Shown piece by piece: positions 43,617-46,082 of a stretch of 46,082 nt of DNA. The position numbers were made by a program, and so were the translations under genes. This DNA comes from Minisyncoccota bacterium (GTDB taxonomy: Bacteria > Patescibacteriota > Minisyncoccia > Phycocordibacterales > UBA9973): positions 1 through 46,082 of the forward strand of contig JBAYHW010000006.1 of assembly GCA_041665925.1 (NCBI GenBank), in the 5' to 3' direction. The stretch's first letter is position 1. Each line of letters opens with the position of its first letter. The notes under the pieces were generated by a model that was not told the origin of the DNA, made no database searches, and worked only from the letters and a program-made list of their open reading frames with translations.

Positions 43617-43693
43617 TACGCTATTGTACACTAAATAATACAAAAAAGTTTGCATTATTAACAGAATAAGCTAGAATATCTTTGTGTATATTT

Positions 43694-43769
43694 GGGCCGT
43701 TAGCTCATCTGGTAGAGCACCTCATTTGCAATGAGGGGGTGGCAGGTTCGAGTCCTGTACGGTCCACCA
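43694..43769 (+). tRNA. tRNA-Ala(UGC)
   Basis: 76-nt cloverleaf, G3-U70 pair, CCTCA-TT TGC AA-TGAGG, GGTTCGAGTCC, encoded CCA. Confidence 0.97.
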
Positions 43770-43770
43770 T

Positions 43771-45216
43771 TTAAAAAATGTGCCAGAGGACCTGATTAGT
43801 GACTTCGTGGTGATAGATTATCTCTGAGGGTTTAATGACAGCGCCTAAGGCCTTCGGGCTTCTGTCGGCGGCCATTTGTTTAAATTCTGCATATTTCCAC
43901 TGATTCGCAGCATTTAAAATTTTACCTATAAAACCACTAGCCTTAAAGAGCTTGATGGCATCATTGATATTGTCCGGCAATATCCGCACCCGCTCACGTT
44001 TGTCTTTATCTTTCACTAGCAGCTGACCTTCTAGTCCAGTCCTAAGAATGGTATACAGTGTAAGGTAAGGGTTTGAGTCTGGAGCAACAGAGCGTACTTC
44101 TATGCGCGTTGTCTTTTCATTGCCAACAGGAATACGAATCATGGATCCACGATCTATGGGTGAAACTTTGATTTGATTCGGTGCTTCGAAGTGTGGGTCA
44201 AGTCTCCTGTAGGCATTCACACTAGAATTAAATGCTAGGCAAATCTCCGGTGCATGATTCAGCAGTCGAGAGATAAAATTCCAAGCAATATCAGATAACC
44301 CGTCTTTACCCTTAGCGCTGTAGAAAATATTTTTACCATTTTTTGCCAGAGAGAAGTTGATGTGCATCCCAGAACCATTAATGCCCACCATGGGCTTAGG
44401 TAGGAATGTAGCCGTCATTCCGAGATTGTCCGCCACCTGCCGACAAACTAGTTTGTATAGCTGGATGTTGTCTGCCGCACGAAGTACATCGCTGTAAGAG
44501 AAATTCATCTCAAATTGTGAAGGCGCCACTTCTGGATGATCCTTTTCATTAAGGAAACCCATTGCCCTCTGGGCCTCTGCAGCTCTATCTATAAACTGAC
44601 GCAAGCGATCAAGCGGTAATGAATGATAATACCCACCAGTAGAGATAAGAGTGAATCCATTCTTACCATATTCTTGTTCGGCGTTAAATCCATCCACCAG
44701 GAATCCTTCCACTTCGGCAGCGGCAAAAGCAGTAATGCCGTCTTTATTCTTTAGTTTGTGCGCATAGAGCTTGAGCTGCCCGCGGAAATCAGAAATATAT
44801 TGTTTACGATCTCTGTCTAAAACATCCACAAACATTATAACTTTTCCAGGACCGAAAATATCTGCAGGAAGAAAACGGATGCTCCCCCAGTCTACCGACA
44901 GGCGCAGGTCAGACTCGTGCTGTTCTGAAAATCCGCGGATGGAAGATCCATCAAAGGTTAAGTTGTCTGCGGAATCTAGTAAGAATTTTTTATCATAATC
45001 CAACATATGAAAACGACCTTCGAGGTCGGTAAAGCACAATGTCACCGCTTTAATTCTTTTTTCTTTTAGTAAGTAGGCGCGATACTCTTTCTCAAGTGTT
45101 CCTGGGCTCATCTTTTCGGCATCTTCTTTCGCTTTTAAATTCATCTCCTCCAACGTATCGTAAGGAATTTCTAAAAAGTTCTTCAAATTGCTCACCCCCG
45201 TGGATGTGTTATCCAT
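43771..45216 (-). CDS. glnA: Glutamine synthetase, type I
   Basis: FDGSSIRGF, HPEVAPSQFE, ATFLPKP, NGSGMH, NAYRRL, RIEVRS...NPYL. Confidence 0.93.
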   Translation of the reverse strand: MDNTSTGVSNLKNFLEIPYDTLEEMNLKAKEDAEKMSPGTLEKEYRAYLLKEKRIKAVTLCFTDLEGRFHMLDYDKKFLLDSADNLTFDGSSIRGFSEQHESDLRLSVDWGSIRFLPADIFGPGKVIMFVDVLDRDRKQYISDFRGQLKLYAHKLKNKDGITAFAAAEVEGFLVDGFNAEQEYGKNGFTLISTGGYYHSLPLDRLRQFIDRAAEAQRAMGFLNEKDHPEVAPSQFEMNFSYSDVLRAADNIQLYKLVCRQVADNLGMTATFLPKPMVGINGSGMHINFSLAKNGKNIFYSAKGKDGLSDIAWNFISRLLNHAPEICLAFNSSVNAYRRLDPHFEAPNQIKVSPIDRGSMIRIPVGNEKTTRIEVRSVAPDSNPYLTLYTILRTGLEGQLLVKDKDKRERVRILPDNINDAIKLFKASGFIGKILNAANQWKYAEFKQMAADRSPKALGAVIKPSEIIYHHEVTNQVLWHIF

Positions 45217-45301
45217 ATAAAATTATCTTAAATTAGTTAATAATTAATATAAAAATACTATAATTTATTATAATTATATACCTAACTAATATAAAATAGC
45301 C

Positions 45302-45310
45302 TGTGGATAA
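45302..45310 (-). promoter_or_regulatory. Perfect DnaA box upstream of glnA
   Basis: TGTGGATAA on the plus strand. Confidence 0.45.
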
Positions 45311-45337
45311 ATAAATATAAGTTCGAAAACACCTCTC

Positions 45338-46082
45338 TTACTGGCAACTCACCTCCAATTTGGAAAAATCCACTCCAGTGATCAATTTAGTTTGTTTTAA
45401 ACTTTCTTCGTTGTATAGGGTAGTAGAGATAAACGTAAAGAACGTAGCATTTGTCGCAAGCTCAGCATCAGCACCCATAATCCCTAAAGAATTTTGGACT
45501 TTTTGGAGGTCCGCTTTTACTTCTTGTATACCCGAATTTAAAAACTTGCAAGACTTGTATGGCGCTTGACTTGACTTAACAGTATTTTCTTCTGAAAAGT
45601 TAAGAACACAAAAATCTCCTTCTGGTTTAGTTGTGTAATACGACGTACCGAATTTTGGATCGGAGAACGATAACTTTAACTTTGCAGAGACGCAGGGAGA
45701 AAAAGCTCGTCCCATACAAGCATTAGCCTCTCTAATGTTCGTAGCATTTTGAAGGTCGGTGCTAGCTTTATTAAAATCATAATCTTTACTGTAAATAAAC
45801 GCTGTTCCGCAGTCTTTTCCAGCGGATACTGGCCCACTCAACCCTGAACTCTCTTCTGGCTCGGTAGCCGGATTTTGCTCTGGGGTGTTTGTCGTTTCAT
45901 TTGTTTGCTCATCAGATGGTGTATCAAAAACTACATCTGGTTCTAAAGATGTCTTGTTTAAATATTGATAACCAAAATATCCTCCACCAGCTAAAATTAA
46001 TATTCCGATTACGCTCAAAATTAGCCCCATGTGGCTCGCAGTGGCTACTACAGTAGGTGCTATCGAAGCTGGTGTACTAAAA
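45338..46082 (-). CDS. Membrane-anchored surface protein with a Cys-containing domain; 5' end probably beyond the window
   Basis: Frame stays open from the ATG at 46030 to the window edge (FSTPASIAPTVVATASH); TM helix, Thr/Glu/Pro linker, six Cys. Confidence 0.65.
   Translation of the reverse strand, partial: FSTPASIAPTVVATASHMGLILSVIGILILAGGGYFGYQYLNKTSLEPDVVFDTPSDEQTNETTNTPEQNPATEPEESSGLSGPVSAGKDCGTAFIYSKDYDFNKASTDLQNATNIREANACMGRAFSPCVSAKLKLSFSDPKFGTSYYTTKPEGDFCVLNFSEENTVKSSQAPYKSCKFLNSGIQEVKADLQKVQNSLGIMGADAELATNATFFTFISTTLYNEESLKQTKLITGVDFSKLEVSCQ

Noticed and set aside
43694-43769. tRNA-Ala as a second island integration site
   Set aside because: I found no duplicated 3' end or integrase within the window; it cannot be excluded beyond the edge.
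1-46082. CRISPR array, rRNA, IS transposase, or UGA-to-Gly recoding
   Set aside because: No regularly spaced repeat-spacer units, rRNA motifs or DDE/TnpA ORFs were seen, and TGA terminates several well-supported genes (e.g. at 34854, 35595, 36200).

Overview
Low-GC bacterial chromosome segment using the standard genetic code (TGA is a stop). Gene content and style suggest Patescibacteria/CPR, Parcubacteria-like (inference, not a database result). Left two thirds: a non-oxidative pentose-phosphate cluster, cysteine synthase, gap, dnaE, pth, lepB-hisS-def-fmt, raiA/ndh, a GH130-phosphomannomutase cluster, surface proteins and mltG. At 31634-37697 there is a ~6.06 kb integrated element carrying a rolling-circle-type Rep, an Xis-like HTH, a NUMOD3-HNH, an alpha/beta hydrolase, a restriction-endonuclease-like cargo gene and a large serine recombinase. 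It is inserted at the 3' end of a tRNA-Asn(GUU) gene that is itself split by a 555-nt group I intron encoding an HNH endonuclease. The crossover core lies inside the recombinase gene, so excision would replace its C-terminus WLRG* with a 37-aa tail stranded at the far end of the element. Other signals: a TrpR-like gene bracketed by 34-bp palindromic direct repeats, a 90-bp palindromic in-frame insertion in fmt, a MITE-like repeat overlapping the pth start, an HExxH-to-HQxxH change in Def, an unannotated 42-aa basic ORF, and many extended -10 boxes 6-8 nt before ATG (leaderless pattern). Right end: thioredoxin/permease, ECF sigma cluster, mscL, PLD, tRNA-Ala and glnA. All assignments are by eye from motifs; no searches were run.
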